From Eledone cirrhosa (taxonomy: Eukaryota): 64,000 nt of DNA. Positions within the stretch are counted from its first letter, which is position 1; each line of letters opens with the position of its first letter. Made by a program: the position numbers and the translations under genes. A model generated the notes under the pieces. That model had not been told where the DNA came from. It saw only the letters and a list, made by a program, of their open reading frames with translations, and did not search any database. Positions 41,186 to 55,025 of this stretch are shown here, in pieces. The stretch is from assembly GCA_964016885.1 (NCBI GenBank), contig OZ024741.1, forward strand, positions 302,932,001 to 302,996,000. The letters are read 5' to 3'.

Positions 41186-42059
41186 TGTGAAAGGGAGATA
41201 CATCTGTGAGCGTGTATATGTGTATGTATATATGATGGACATCAATATTGTCAACTTAAAAAACAAACGCCCATTCTTCCCAACAAAAATAAATATATAA
41301 ATAAAATTAAAAAAATCTACATTTGCGGAACTCTATTCTTACATATTTATGAAGATGTATGTAATATAATGTTATCTTTATGGCAGATATTCTGTTCGTG
41401 TGTCACTGACTTTAATGGAATGGAATGACTATATTGCAGACTAAAAAAGAACAAAAGAGTAATGTCAGCACTACATCAATTAATTTGTGCCCCCCCCCCC
41501 CCCCCTCTCTCCCTCTATCTCTCAAAGGCTATAAATCATAAACCGTCACAATACGACCACTCCCTCTCTCGCTTATGATTGAAGTTCCAGTTTTTTCCTT
41601 CTGCAACTGGTGAGGAAAAAGGACGGAGGTGGGGGTGAAGAAAGATATAGTCCCTCCCCCCCCCCCAAAAAAAAAATTGACTGTATCCTCCCAAAATCTG
41701 GTCCGGCTGATAGGTAAACACACACTTAGCAAACTGTAGCTTAGTTAGGAGAAAGAGCAGTACCCATGTCCCTTTTCAATGTTTCCGAGCTTCTTTGTAA
41801 AAGAGTGGAGCTCACTAAATGCTTTCAAGACTCAGATATGGTTTAAACCGGGCGACAGATTACGTCTACCACCAGGTTATGTAATTGTCTTTAGTTCAAC
41901 AGCATGACTAGGCAACAAAGTGAATGGTTACCGAAACATCTAGGTCTCTTACCGAAACATCTAGGGGAAACTTGTAGTGAGTGTCTCCTATTTTTTTCTG
42001 TGGTAGAATTTCAAGTTCATACTGTCAGTTTGTTTAATTTGCAAACATAAAGTCTCCGA

Positions 42060-42345
42060 ATTGACGAATTGAGAGATCACAGTTCCGATACTAAGGGGAC
42101 GGGGTTAGAATGTCTCAGAAAAGAATGGCTGGACAGATTGTTTTTACGGCAAAAACCAGTCGGAGGGAGATCCAGGGTTAAATACAGAGCAAGATGGCTG
42201 GATAACATCCATGAGCTCGGGTGGTCTCATTTGGGGATCCAACCAGCTCAATTGGAGACGATTGCTTCTGACAGTACCTGTTGGAAGGAGTGTTTGAGGA
42301 CTCTGACCCCATGACCCATCAGGAATAAGTGGACGAAGAAGAAGA
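42060..42345 (+). mobile_element. RTE (GAA-tail family) 3' fragment
   Basis: KPVGGRSRVKYRARWLDNIHELGWSHLGIQ; tail gaagaagaag. Confidence 0.8.
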
Positions 42346-42398
42346 GAACATAAAAGTAAAACTGCGAGGTTTTAAGCACTAAAATTGTCTGTCTGTCT

Positions 42399-42519
<121 letters not shown>

Positions 42520-42745
42520 GTATATAAATGTGTGTGTGTGTGTTTATTTGTGTGTGTGTAAAGCGTTTATTCTGCTTTAGTAAAAGCGAGAGAAGAGAAA
42601 GAGAGAGAGTGAGAGAGTTAGAGAGAGAGAGAGTCAGACAGACAGACGATTTTACTGCTTAAAAGGTAAACAGAAATAACAACACAATCGGTACAGTATA
42701 TTGAAGGTATATATTAGGTTAACGCTTGATATAGCAGGAAGAGGG

Positions 42746-42781
42746 TCTTAACGTTTCGGACGCTAGTCCTTCATCAGAAGA
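42746..42781 (-). ncRNA. Minimal hammerhead ribozyme motif (family A), best copy
   Basis: UCUU-CUGAUGA-A-GGAC-UAGC-GUCC-GAAACGUUA-AGA; palindromic AACGUU. Confidence 0.78.
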
Positions 42782-42875
42782 AAGAATGAGAAATAAAATA
42801 GATTAAGGACGGGCAGGATGGAATTGGAAAAAATGTCTTTAGATAAAAATAATAGGTCCATTCATATTGACATCT

Positions 42876-42934
<59 letters not shown>

Positions 42935-42994
42935 AAGAGGTTGTGGTAAGATACCAGTTGGACCATAACGCACCAGAATACTCGATACTTGGGG

Positions 42995-43029
<35 letters not shown>

Positions 43030-43287
43030 ACGAAGGTATGTATGTATGTATGTATGTATGTATGTATGTATGTATGTATGTATGTATGTATGTATATATG
43101 TATGTGTGAATGTGTGAATGTATGTACGAGTATGTGAGGAAATAACTTGCAATCTAATTAATTATAGCATTAATTATAGAATTCTTGATTAAATCGATTA
43201 ATTATTCAAATGAACGAGTTTTGCTTTGTTCTGCTTTGTATATTTAAATACCAGTGCATATGTGTGCCTTCATTAAGAAATAAAATA

Positions 43288-44260
43288 ATAATTGTTTCTA
43301 CTTTTGGCACAAGGCCAGCAATATCCCAGTGTATTACTGGTACTTCATTTTATCGACGCCGTAAGGATGAAAGGCAAAGTTAACCTCGGCGGGATTTGAA
43401 CTCAGTCCGTAAAGGGACGTAACTGTGCGGCAAAGCATGGCGTGGATTAGCAGTATCGGTAGACCGTCGGACTCCATGCTTTGTGGCATAGAGTTACGGC
43501 CCTTTATGATCTGAGTTCAAATCCCGCCGAGGTTAACTTTGCCTTTCATCCTTACGGGGTCGATAAAATAAAGTACGAGTCACGCACTGGGGTCGATTTA
43601 ATCGACTTTCCCTTCCCCTAAAATCGCTGGCCTTGTTCCTACATAAGAAACCATTATTATTAATGGATTGGCAGTATCAGTAGAGGGTCGGACAGCATGC
43701 TTTGTAGCATAGAGTTCCGTCCTTTTACGGTCTGAGTTCAAATCTCGCCGAGGTTAACTTTGCCTTTCATCCTTACGGGGCCGATAAAATAAAGTACCAG
43801 TAATACACCGGGATAATTTCTGGCCTTGTGCCAAAAGTAGAAACAATTATTAATGGGTTGCAAAGGCCGGTGGATTAGCAGTATCGGTAGAACGTCACAC
43901 TCCATGCTTTGCGGCATAGAGTTACGGCCCACTATATTCCGAGTTCAAATCCCGCAGAGGTTAGCTATGCCTTTCATCTTTACGGGGTCGATAGAATAAA
44001 GTACCAGTAACGCACTGGGGTCGACTTGTCTCCCCTCTCTAAAATTCTTGGCTTTGTACTTATATCAGAAACCATTATTTTGGCAGTATCGGTTGAGGGT
44101 TGGACGCCATGCTTTCTAGCATAGTTACGTCCCTTTACAGTCTGAGTTCAAATCCCGCCGAGGTTAACTTTGCCTTTCATCCTTACGGGGTCGATAAAAT
44201 AAAGTACCAGTAATGTACTGGGTAACTGCTGACTTTGTGCCTAAAGTAGAAACAATTATT
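43288..44260. mobile_element. Cluster of five abutting family-1 SINEs (one -, four +)
   Basis: Copies at ~43288-43440(-), 43443-43660, 43664-43852, 43866-44079 and 44080-44260. Confidence 0.88.
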
Positions 44261-44885
44261 AAAGATATGATTTTTTAAATTTACCACGAGGGTGTATTTC
44301 TAGTTGCCCAAAGAGGGCTCTCATGCTAGTACAACGTATGACTTGGCGTTACAATAATGTTACTTATAAACTTATATAGAATCAAAAACCATATACTATG
44401 TACAAGTATGTGGAAGAGTTAATCTTTGGAAATTACAGAGTCCATAGTTCTTTCTCTTTTTTGTGGTGGTTGTGGTGGTGGTAGTGGTGGTGGTGGTGGT
44501 GGTGGTGGTGGTGGTGATGATGGGGAGCTGGGTCATCAGGGCCGCGTAGGTACCAAACGAAAAAAAATTAACCCCCACCCCGAAAAAAAAAAGTACCATT
44601 GCTACAACACACCACGACTACAACTATCACCAACATTCTCACCTCCGCTACATCACCATCTCCATTTAAACTACTAACAATAACAACATCAAAACCAACA
44701 CACACACACACACACACAAACACTCACACACACACACAAACACACAAACACTCACACATACACACAAACACAGAAACACTCACACATACACATAGAATAA
44801 TTAGGAGGGAATGTAAAACACATTGTTTGAAAGATATTTGACACTTTAAATACAGTAACTTTCATTTATATACTAACTTAAATAT

Positions 44886-44981
<96 letters not shown>

Positions 44982-45130
44982 GCGCAATTTTTTTTTATAT
45001 ATTTACACATATGTACGTACATACGTATGTATGTATGTATGTATGTATGTATGTATGTATGTATGTATGTATGTATGTATGTATGTATGTATGTATGTAT
45101 GTATGTATGTACACACACAGACACAGACAA

Positions 45131-45198
<68 letters not shown>

Positions 45199-45297
45199 TG
45201 TTTACATACCTGACAGGCATATATAATATAATATATATGTATATATAAAAATACACATAAACACATATATGTATGTATGTGTGTATGTGTGCTTGTG

Positions 45298-45334
<37 letters not shown>

Positions 45335-45817
45335 GTATGTATGTATGTATGTATGTATGTATGTATGTATGTATGTATGTATGTATCTATGTATGTATGT
45401 ATGTATGTATGTATGTATCTTTGTATGTGTATAGCACGATAACTATCGACACGCTGGCAGACAATGAAATTAAGTTTAGACTAACAAAGGAAATTACATG
45501 CCGTTTTCTAATGACTTGCAATCACTCTCTGTCCTGCCATCTCTAGTAGTAGTAGTAGTGGTGGTAATAGTAGTGATCCTAATAGTGGTGGAGGTGTGGT
45601 AGTGGCAGTAGTAGCTCCTGTGGTGGTTGTGATGGTGGTAGCGATAGTGGTAGTAGTGGTTGCAGTGATAGTGGGGGTGATAATGGTGGTAGTAGTTGTA
45701 GTTGTGCCAGTAGTGTTAAAGATTGAAATAGTAATGTTAGGTTGTTATGGTGGTGGTAGTATTAGTACCGGTAGTGTTAGTGGTGTTGGTGCTAGTGGAG
45801 GTGTTAGCGATGGTAGT

Positions 45818-46002
45818 AATAATTGTTTCTACTTTTGGCACAAGGCCAGTAAATACCCAGTGCATTACTGGTACTTTATTTTATCGTCCCCGTAAGGATG
45901 AAAGGCAAAGTTAACCTCGGCGGGATTTGAACTCAAGGACCGTAACTCTCTGCGTCAAAGCATGGCGTCAGACCCTCTACCCATACTGCCAATCCACTGC
46001 CT
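45818..46002 (-). mobile_element. SINE family 1 with 14-bp TSD
   Basis: TSD atggtagtaataat. Confidence 0.85.
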
Positions 46003-46415
46003 TATGGTAGTAATAATACTTATGATAGTGCTATAGATAAAAGTGGTGGTTATAGTTGTATATAGGCATGTAGGTCGTTTGTTATGGTTTAGAATCAGGT
46101 CAGCTTTATTCAAGAAAACGTATAATCAAAAGCATTTTAGCCATGACTATCCTGTCGTATTGTATAACAATATTACGAAGCACGAGGCTAGCAACTAAAA
46201 TTGCTACAGAAACGACGAGAAAATATCTGGACTGTGAGCAAGCCTGTGACAAGGCTTGGAACCGCGTGGAATGGCAATCCCCTGTCGTCCAATGCTCAAT
46301 AATGAGCAAAAAGAGCTAAAGAAGAAGATTGTAGATGTCATTTCGTTTTTATGACGGCAGAGCGTTATTTGAGGGAGTTTGATTGTTAACTGTAGATGAC
46401 AGAGCAACACAGTGT

Positions 46416-46795
46416 CAGACATACCAACATCTAAAAACCCAAATGGGGAGTACCATGAAAAATTGCCCTCAAACAGGGAGAAATGAGGCAAAATATGGAT
46501 ATTTTACATAATTGTTTCTACTTTTGGCACAAGGCCAGCAATTATCCCAGTACATTACTGGTACTTTATTTTATCGACCCCGTAAGGATGAAAGGCAAAG
46601 TTAACCTCGGCGGGATTTGAACTCAGAATGGCAAGGGCCGTAACTCTATGCGTCAAAGCATGGCGTCCGAACCTCTACCGATACTGCCAATCCACCAATG
46701 AAAGCTATATCCATTTTCACAAGAGAAGACATATCTCACCCAGCCCAAAGTGGGTGGGAAATCTCCCCGTCGGACGGAGAGGGTTGACAGGTCTG
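46416..46795. mobile_element. MITE interrupted by a family-1 SINE (46509-46697, -)
   Basis: Flanks are colinear with the empty copy at 15570-15764. Confidence 0.75.
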
Positions 46796-47454
46796 CAGAT
46801 AGGGCCATCCCCACTCCTGTTGGTACAAGTACAGACATTGGTGTCAGTGTTGTTGTTTATGGTGGTGTTCGTTTGATTTGGGTGATGTTCGTAGAGGTTG
46901 TTGTTTACCGGAGATTCTGTTGGTGTTGTTGTTGATAATGATGATGATAGTGTTGATGGTGTTTGGGAGAAATGTTAATATCGATGTAGAATGCACGGCT
47001 GAATAGTTAATAAGCTCGCCTCGTAATCATAAGTTATCGGGTTCGATTCCACTGAAAGTGTCATTTACTAGACCCACGAGTCGATCTATGTGAGTGAAAT
47101 TGGGTTGACGGAAACTGTTTGGAAGCCTGTCTGATGGACTGTACTAGTAATTCAAAGGTCCAGACACAGTGTTTCCCGTTGAATTTCTCTGAGGTACACG
47201 TGTCTGTGATACACGCTAATATCATGAGCTGGCTGTCGGAGGGACTGTACCTATGATTCAAAATTCCACCATTGTCACACGCTTATTAACGCCGAATCTC
47301 CCCGAGAATTACGTTGATCGAACAAATGAAAAAATCATTATCGTTTGTTGTGTTGTTGTTGTTGTTGATGATGTTGTGTAGCCCATGGATAGCTCTGAAC
47401 ATGCATGTAATCATAGGCTGTCTGCCTAATCATCAGGTACGATCTACATAGCAT

Positions 47455-47703
47455 TAAATAAAGTACCAGTAACGCAGTGGGTAATTGCTGGCCTTGTTCC
47501 AAAAGTAGAAACAATTATTGTTTGGCAGTATCGGTAGAGGGTCGGACGCCATGCTTTGCAACATAGAGTTACGGTCCTTTACGGTCTGAGTTCAAATCCC
47601 GCCGAGGATAACTTTGCTTTTTATCCTTACGGGGTCGATAAAATAAAGTACCAGTAACACACAGGAATTGCTGGCCTTGTGCCAAAAGTAGAAACAATTA
47701 TTG
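47455..47703 (+). mobile_element. SINE family 1 (3' stub plus full copy)
   Basis: SINE core and tail, twice. Confidence 0.82.
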
Positions 47704-47964
47704 TTTCAGATATAACATGCATCATTACAGCAGGAGCATTAAAGAACAACAATCTAATATATAGAAATATATCAACATCTTTCAAATATCATGGTTTTGC
47801 AAAGGAACGAAACTCAGAGAATATAATTAAAATTATGTTAATTAAAATTCCGTGAAATTTTTAAGAACAGATACTCAACACGCCGTATCTAGGAAACTTT
47901 GGGTAATATCGTGGCTCTGGTCAGGCGAATAAACAGTAAAACTCCATCCGTCCATCCTTCCACA

Positions 47965-48260
47965 CATGATGATGACCGCCCCCTCGTTATCGAGTATGGC
48001 CATTGCACGCTATAACATTATTAATAGTTATCAATTAATGCTATCGTGCAATGCCTGTGCGTGTAGAGTTTTTTTAAAGTGAGGAAAGACTGTGCACTGA
48101 GCCAATCCCACTCTCTGAGCGACAGTAGCTATAACCCGAAAAGAAGAAAAGAACAACATCACCGGTAACTACTGAGCCGCAGGTTTTATATCGGAGTTAT
48201 CCCAGTTTCCTGAGTTGCCTTCTCCTAGAAGAATGCCCTGACAAAGGCTAGGGGTCCTTC
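47965..48260 (-). mobile_element. Second bipartite RTE-derived short element
   Basis: Reverse complement is homologous to RTE 5' UTR ~9752-9945, then a hairpin, then an RTE-type 3' end ggccatactcgataacgag...catcatcat. Confidence 0.75.
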
Positions 48261-48454
48261 ATATACATACATACATTCAAGCATTTTCAACATCCATCTG
48301 TGTATGCCTCTATCTCTGTATGTGTAGGTATATATGCATGTGTATATATTTTAACACACACACACACATATATATATATAGAGAGAGAGAGGGGGAGACA
48401 TAGAGAAAGCACGAGAGAGAGAGGGATAAATGGAGAAACAGAGAGAGAGAGAGA

Positions 48455-48526
<72 letters not shown>

Positions 48527-48958
48527 ATTAGTTTGTTGTAGTTTATTTACGTTCAAATTAAGGCAAATGGCGGTCTTAGTTACACACACATAGACACATA
48601 CATACATATAGACACACGCATACACCCACAGACACACACGTGTGTGTACCTGCAAAGAATGAAAGGAGCAGGAGAGAAAGAAAGAATGAATGAAAGAAAG
48701 AAAGAAAGAGAGAAAGAAAGAGATAGTAGGTGTTCCACACAAGTGTCCTGTCGTTAGTTGGTGCCGAAATGAAATATCTGCCAAAGTAGGAAAAATGTCA
48801 ATAATTTGCTATATTTTAATTGGTTTTATGTAATCAACTGATTAATGAATTGCACATTTGTATATTTATTTATTTATTCATCATTATCACCACCACCATC
48901 ATCATCATCCTCCTGCTCCTCCTCATTATTATTATTGTTATTATTATCAGTAGTAGTA

Positions 48959-49019
<61 letters not shown>

Positions 49020-49072
49020 TGGTGGTGATGGTAGTAGTAGTAGTAGTAGTAGTAGTAGTAATGGTAGTGGTA

Positions 49073-49120
<48 letters not shown>

Positions 49121-49272
49121 TATAACATTGTAGTATATAACGTCCTGACCTGAATTTGCTTTTTATTCTTGCAAGGGTGAAATAAGTAGCTACAGTATGG
49201 CCATACTCATACACAGTAAGGTTGGCATTTATGGCAAAGTTAAAATCATCATTATTATTTGCTTGCTTTAAG

Positions 49273-49557
49273 GGATTGGCAGTATCGGTAGAGGGTCGGA
49301 CTCCATGTTTTGCGGCATGGAGTTACGGCCCTTTATGATCTGAGTTCAAATCCCGCCGAGGTTAACTTTACCTTTCATCCTTACGGGGTCGATAAAATAA
49401 AGTACCAGTAATACACTGGGTAATTGCTGGCCTTGTGCCAAAAGTAGAAACAATTATTAAAGATAATTAATTTTTAATTTGCCACGAGGGTGCATTTCTA
49501 GTTGCCAAAAAGGGGCTTTCATGCTAGTACAACGTATGACTTGGCGTTACGATAATT
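49273..49557 (+). mobile_element. SINE family 1 plus a ~100-bp 3' extension shared with 44261-44357
   Basis: SINE core; extension ccacgagggtg..tttctagttgcc..catgctagtacaacgtatgacttggcgttac in both. Confidence 0.8.
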
Positions 49558-49589
49558 ATTTGCCTGCTTCTTTTTTTTTTTCAGATCAG

Positions 49590-49870
49590 GCGTTTGGTCT
49601 CTCAAGGATGCCGTCTCTCCTCCCGTTTCTATGTACTGACTTTCGGGCCACTACTACGGAAGCTGAAGCTGTTGAAGCGTATCCCGCTCGAACCGAGATG
49701 TGGAAAGGCTGCGTCGGCATATGCTGTCGTCATCACTGTGATGGTGTCCAATACCTCGGAAATCGAGGTGATAGGTAACTTCTTAGCAGAATATGAAACG
49801 TTGATGGGAGCAAATATTAATTCAGAAAAGCCGGTGGGTTTTCAGCTCGGCATGTGGAAAGAACACTGGT
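49590..49870 (+). pseudogene. Tx1/L1-group LINE RT core fragment
   Basis: VSQGCRLS..FYVLTFGPLLRKL..SAYAVVITV..GANINSEK is a degenerate QGCPLSP/AYADD/GAKIN. Confidence 0.75.
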
Positions 49871-50084
49871 CCTTCAACAGAAGTACAGTATACTGTACTG
49901 ATAAAGGTGTCTGCAGTTCTGTTTGCATGCCAACACAAGAACAAGAATGACAAGAACAAGAACAAGAACAAGAATTATGTTGCATACCAACACAAGAACA
50001 ATAATCATTTCACTGAAATGGCTTTAAAGAGGCTGTTTGCATAATTGCAAACGAATCGAATATTATTATTAATATTCGAAAATT

Positions 50085-50273
50085 GGTGGTGGATTGGCAG
50101 TATCGGTAGAGGGTCGGACGCCATGCTTTCCAGCATAGTTACGTCCTTTTACGATCTGAGTTCAAATCCCGCCGAGGTTGACTTTGCCTTTCATCCTTAC
50201 GGAGTGGATAAAATAAAGTACCAGTAATGTACTGGTTAATTGCTGGCCTTGTGCCTAATGTAGAAACAATTAT
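50085..50273 (+). mobile_element. SINE family 1 with 18-bp TSD
   Basis: TSD attattaatattcgaaaa. Confidence 0.88.
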
Positions 50274-50300
50274 TAATATTCGAAAAACTCAGGTTACATT

Positions 50301-50337
<37 letters not shown>

Positions 50338-50553
50338 TATGTATGTATACGTACATACATTTATGTATACAGACGAACAGTAGTATGTGTATATATACAT
50401 ACATGCACACATATATATATATATATATGTGTACGTATCGGTTTACCGAACCTTTATTATAATGTTCGGTTTGTAAACAAACAAACAGCCCGAATTACGC
50501 CGTACAGTGTTCAAGCAACCATCGTCGCCCTTTTGTTCAAGACTGACACAGGA

Positions 50554-50596
50554 ACGATGTACTAGTTTCAAGCTTATTAGCTATCGTCAGCATCGT
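50554..50596 (-). ncRNA. Minimal hammerhead ribozyme motif, well formed
   Basis: ACGAUG-CUGACGA-U-AGCU-AAUA-AGCU-U-GAAA-CUAG-UA-CAUCGU; palindromic ACUAGU. Confidence 0.85.
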
Positions 50597-50782
50597 ATAC
50601 CTTTCTGCTAGATGATTGAATGCCTGAAAGTATATACTTTCCTTATGCATATTAACGGCTGAGCAGCCTAATTTGCATATCGAGTGAGTTAAGTATCAGC
50701 CGTACTAAGAGTGAGAAATGAAATTTCGTTTCATTCTTTTCCATTTAAAAATAAATATATATATATTTAATATAGAAAAAGC

Positions 50783-50830
50783 TTCTACAGGACTAGAACT
50801 GTTTCATTCGGGAGAAATCATCAGATTGAA
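50783..50830 (-). ncRNA. Hammerhead ribozyme motif (family C)
   Basis: CUGAUGA-UUUC-UCCC-GAAU-GAAA-CAG-UUCUAGUC-CUG-UA-GAA. Confidence 0.62.
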
Positions 50831-50841
50831 CCCGGGATAAA

Positions 50842-50924
<83 letters not shown>

Positions 50925-51015
50925 GTATATATATATATATATGTCCTATAAAGTGTTGAGTGGTACTTATCCGATATTTGCATTGCTTTGTGCTACAATA
51001 AAACTCACCTCCTAC

Positions 51016-51066
<51 letters not shown>

Positions 51067-51985
51067 GGTCCTGACTCTTTTCCTATATATATATATTTTA
51101 TATAAAGCGGTTGTATTATCGAAATATAAATATATATAAACAGTGACATAAAGAAGAAGGAATGTTAAGAAATGGAACCTTCTTCGGTTTCTACGATGGG
51201 TATTGAACACAATTACAAACTCATTGAATTGTAAAGTAAGTAGCTGGGGTTAAAAGAGGGAGTAATGTAAAGAAATAAACACATAGAGAATGATACTTAC
51301 AAACACATTAAAAGGCATACATATGCAGTTACACACACACACACACACAGTCAGTCACTCACTCACTCACTCACTCACACACACACACACACATATGGAA
51401 ATAGAGAAAAATAGAGGTGATATATATATAAACATGACTCAGAAGGGTTTACACTAATAAACTTTAAAGCTCTTTGCAACTCTTCTATATTTATTAATCT
51501 TTGTTAGCTTATCAGGTAGGCTTGGGAATTTGGTTATATTCTGTTAATAAGGGTTTGTTAAACTGAAACATGTCCATAGCTAACCTTTGTTGGGAAACAA
51601 AATTCCATCTTTCCTTCCTCTAAGCATATAAATACATTTTGAGAGGTTAATTCTTAAATTCTTAAAATTACGTCCGTTTTTCATTGAATGTCGTTAACAA
51701 TTACAACTCATTTTTGGATTCCTCTCTGCCAAATTTCAATTAAGTACAATTTTTTGCCTACAGTATTTAATGCTTGCGCCCTTAACTTATTTAACTCTCT
51801 TTCTTCCCTCCACACACATATATATAAACACGAAGACAAATACTTATATACACAGAAAAGGATTGAAAGAGGAGAAAATAACGAATGAAGAAAAAAAGGG
51901 GAGAGGGGGAAAGAGTGAAATAAAAAGAAGAGAGGGAAAGGGGTGATGGAAAAGAGTGGAAAAACGAAAGAAAGAGAAAGTGAGT

Positions 51986-52044
<59 letters not shown>

Positions 52045-52371
52045 TAGATAGAGAGAGAGAGAGAGGGAGAGAGAGAGAGAGAGGGGGTTTAAGAAAAAGC
52101 GAAAAAAAACTAAAAAAGTGGTGGGTTTGTTGATAGATAACGATCACGAGAAGAAATGCTCTTTTTAACATAACTCATTAATTTTATCAGATGTAACACA
52201 AGTTCCAGTTCGTTTATCCAACTCTTCATCATCTCATTGTTATTAGGGAGTGGGCTCTGCTTTCTGCTGTTTGGCGCTACTTTATTGACCAACTCAACTA
52301 GGATGATAATAAGCTTGCTTTGAAATTTTAAAGTCCATAGGAATGTCATGAACGCCATATGTATATGATAA

Positions 52372-52483
<112 letters not shown>

Positions 52484-52645
52484 TAGTGTATGTGTATGTA
52501 CGCATGTATAAAAAATTCAATTGGAATACAGGACAAAGCTTTCGCAGAATTAAAACTCCCTAAAGTAAATTTCAAGTCCGGCCTTCTATTGTTACTTTTA
52601 ATGAATGTATATATGTATGTTTGTTTGTATATATATATATATATA

Positions 52646-52905
52646 GGTACTAATTAATTGCGTCCGTAGGCAGTATGTGGAATGAGCACTCGATGCTCTT
52701 GGGGAGCAGAGTATCAATATAAGTATAAGGGAACAAAGAATCAGTGTTGCATCATATAAATATTTAATTACATATTACATATGTTTCACTGTCGATCATG
52801 AATAGATCGTTCCTCGAGCTGGTGAACAGTGAAATATATGTAATTTATAATTAAATATGTATATGATACAATACTGATTCTTTGTTCCCTTATATATTAA
52901 TATCA
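52646..52905. mobile_element. Tail + fold-back insert in (TA)n
   Basis: Arms 52724-52792 / 52826-52894; the arms begin just before GAAA-UAUAUG-UA. Confidence 0.62.
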
Positions 52906-52916
52906 TATATATATAT

Positions 52917-53047
<131 letters not shown>

Positions 53048-53275
53048 TATATATACATATATATATAAATAAGAGTAATATATCATAAGAATAGAGAAGA
53101 AGGAATTATGATATATGTTAGACAAAGCGAAGCGTGCTCAATGCTTAAAGATACGAGATTAAATAAACTTCATGTATTCCTCCGTTGAATTATCAAATGA
53201 ACTTAAAGGAAGAAACTCCGTGTAAGGAATAAATTTTGTTATTAAGTCCTGCTTTCTCCACCATATATTTCTGCT

Positions 53276-53339
<64 letters not shown>

Positions 53340-53994
53340 TCTCTGTGTGTCAGATTAAGCATATTACTGGAAATGTTTCTAAATCTGAGTGTGTACCATT
53401 AAAATTTTGAGAGCAGTGTTATCCAGTGACCCCCGCCCAATCCCATCATTGGCGATAGTTTCCGGTTTAATGCTGGAAATATCACAAAGTTAAATTAATG
53501 AATTAAGGTGTTCGCTCCAACATAGCTATTTACATATACGCCTGTAAAGTTTGATTATCGAATAATATACGATATGTTTACGAATAAACATTTGAAAGCC
53601 TTTACCGAGTTTCAGCAGAAGCAAGGGGAAGTTATCGACAACTGTTCCTGGCTTATCTGGCCGTTGTCAAAGTAATGCCCCCTTTACCTCACTTGCTGCT
53701 GAAACTCAAATAGGCTCAAACATATAGTTTTAACGCTTATGTATAAAGGCTGATTAGCCGCATTTGCGTACGGAGCTGTAGGATGGCTCATTATGGTTTT
53801 TCATTGGAAAATATGGCAGAAAATTATGAATTTTGTATCTTCACTGGTATGTATGTCTGTATGGTCCCGTAACTCATGATAGAGTCGTAGGGGCGCCGTA
53901 TTGACATATGGCGTTCTTGGGCATTTTAAGCATGACGGAGCCCATCCCTCTCCAGGCCTGAGTACAGCAGATTTCATCCAGAGAGAGGAAGAAT

Positions 53995-54152
53995 CGATAC
54001 CAGTACTAGATTGGTACATCTTTTTGTTGAGTCGAAAGGAATGAAAGGCAAAGTTGACCTCGGCAGGATTTGAACTCAGGGAGCAAAGAGCCGGAACGAA
54101 TACCACAAAGCCTTCTATCCGACGTTCTAACGACCCTGCCAATTCGCCGCCT
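53995..54152 (-). mobile_element. SINE family 1, diverged copy
   Basis: atgaaaggcaaagttgacctcggcaggatttgaactcag. Confidence 0.72.
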
Positions 54153-54896
54153 ATATCTTCACTGGAAATACGAGTAAATATACGAGTCTTTTAGTATCAT
54201 CTTAGTCGCTATTGACAGCGAGGGGAGCAGGTACTGAACTATTGTTAGAAGAATAATAATGAGGAGAAGGGCATGGTGAACACAATCACAAGAATATGGT
54301 CCGAACGTGGAAGGGCTGAACTCCCACTGTCATCGCCTCCATCTCTCTCGCCCCCACCCCCATCTCTCCGTATGGTGAGCAAATAGGGTCCCACGAGCTG
54401 GCCTTCCTACAGCCCCGACGGGCAGAATGGAGAAGGCGTTTCTCCGGAGGATGGTAAGGGAGATGCGCTGGAAGAGCCATTCCAACTCGCGCCTATAGTG
54501 GTGAGTAGGGAGGTAGGCCTTTTTTAGTTGACTACAATTTCTACCCTACGAAAGTGATTTTTAGCTTAATCAAATGAAATACTTGATGTTATCAAGTCTA
54601 TTCTATTTTTTTTTTTTTTGCATCGAAAATGATTTAACCAATCCATTTGTGTTATCAGATTCTTTCATCGCATTCAGTTAACCAGCTGTCAATTCTTTTT
54701 ACTTCTCTTCTATTCAAACGAAATAACATTTGCTCACATTTTCGACAATGTTGAAAGAGATGATGTCAATACTATGCCACATGCCACATCTACGCTTGTA
54801 CTGTTATGTCTGTTTTAAACTTTCTAGTACCCACACCCCCTTGCTCACTTTTATCTATCTATCTATCTACCTCTCTTTTTTTCTTTTTTCTTGTTT

Positions 54897-54973
<77 letters not shown>

Positions 54974-55025
54974 ACCTAACAGCTAAAATTTACCTAACTC
55001 TCCCTCGTATCTATCTATCTATTTC

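Noticed and set aside
54286-54520. GC-richer island with a 64-aa minus-strand ORF
   Set aside because: No recognisable domain; possibly a retroelement fragment, but it cannot be assigned from sequence alone.
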